Shown: in pieces, positions 63,956-64,000 of the stretch
Layout: each line of letters begins with the position of its first letter
Numbering within the stretch: the first letter of the stretch is position 1
NCBI RefSeq assembly: GCF_009914755.1
Contig: NC_060947.1
Reading direction: 5' to 3' (one strand)
Source of the DNA: the human T2T-CHM13v2.0 reference genome, Homo sapiens
DNA length: 64,000 nt
Notes under the pieces: model-generated
What the model saw: the letters and a program-made list of their open reading frames with translations, nothing else
Told to the model about the DNA's origin: nothing
The model's database searches: none
Made by a program: the position numbers and the translations under genes

Positions 63956-64000
63956 TTCTTTTCCTTTTTTTTTCAGACAGGGTCTCATTTTGTTGCCCAG
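63956..64000 (-). mobile_element. Alu 3' end cut by the window edge
   Basis: tttttttcagacagggtctcattttgttgcccag. Confidence 0.8.

Overview
Primate (very likely human) repeat-rich genomic DNA with no intact protein-coding gene. Almost all ORFs in the supplied track are Alu, L1 or LTR read-throughs. The window opens inside a frameshifted processed pseudogene of PAFAH1B2 (CDS remnant 1-474, retrocopied 3'UTR to about 5187, invaded by six Alus). The rest is a nested mosaic of Alu, L1, L2, MIR, MaLR/ERVL LTRs and hAT/mariner fossils, plus a 7SL retrocopy. The most unusual feature is an old, degenerate GC-rich tandem array at about 7330-11440. It has ~42-bp monomers grouped into ~250-260-bp higher-order blocks, predates the Alu and MST LTR inserted in it, and reads as a 14-aa periodic peptide. 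I cannot assign it to a named family. Other notable items: a tailless tRNA-Ile(UAU) 5'-half retrocopy with TSDs; a ~725-bp orphan polyadenylated sequence retroposed into an Alu; an L1 3' transduction; micro-retroinsertions; a 101-bp dispersed duplication; a twin-octamer/SOX/nuclear-receptor motif cluster; a ~245-bp GAA/GGA tract; and a fragmented Charlie-type transposase fossil. Repeat subfamily names are by-eye calls and boundaries are approximate.
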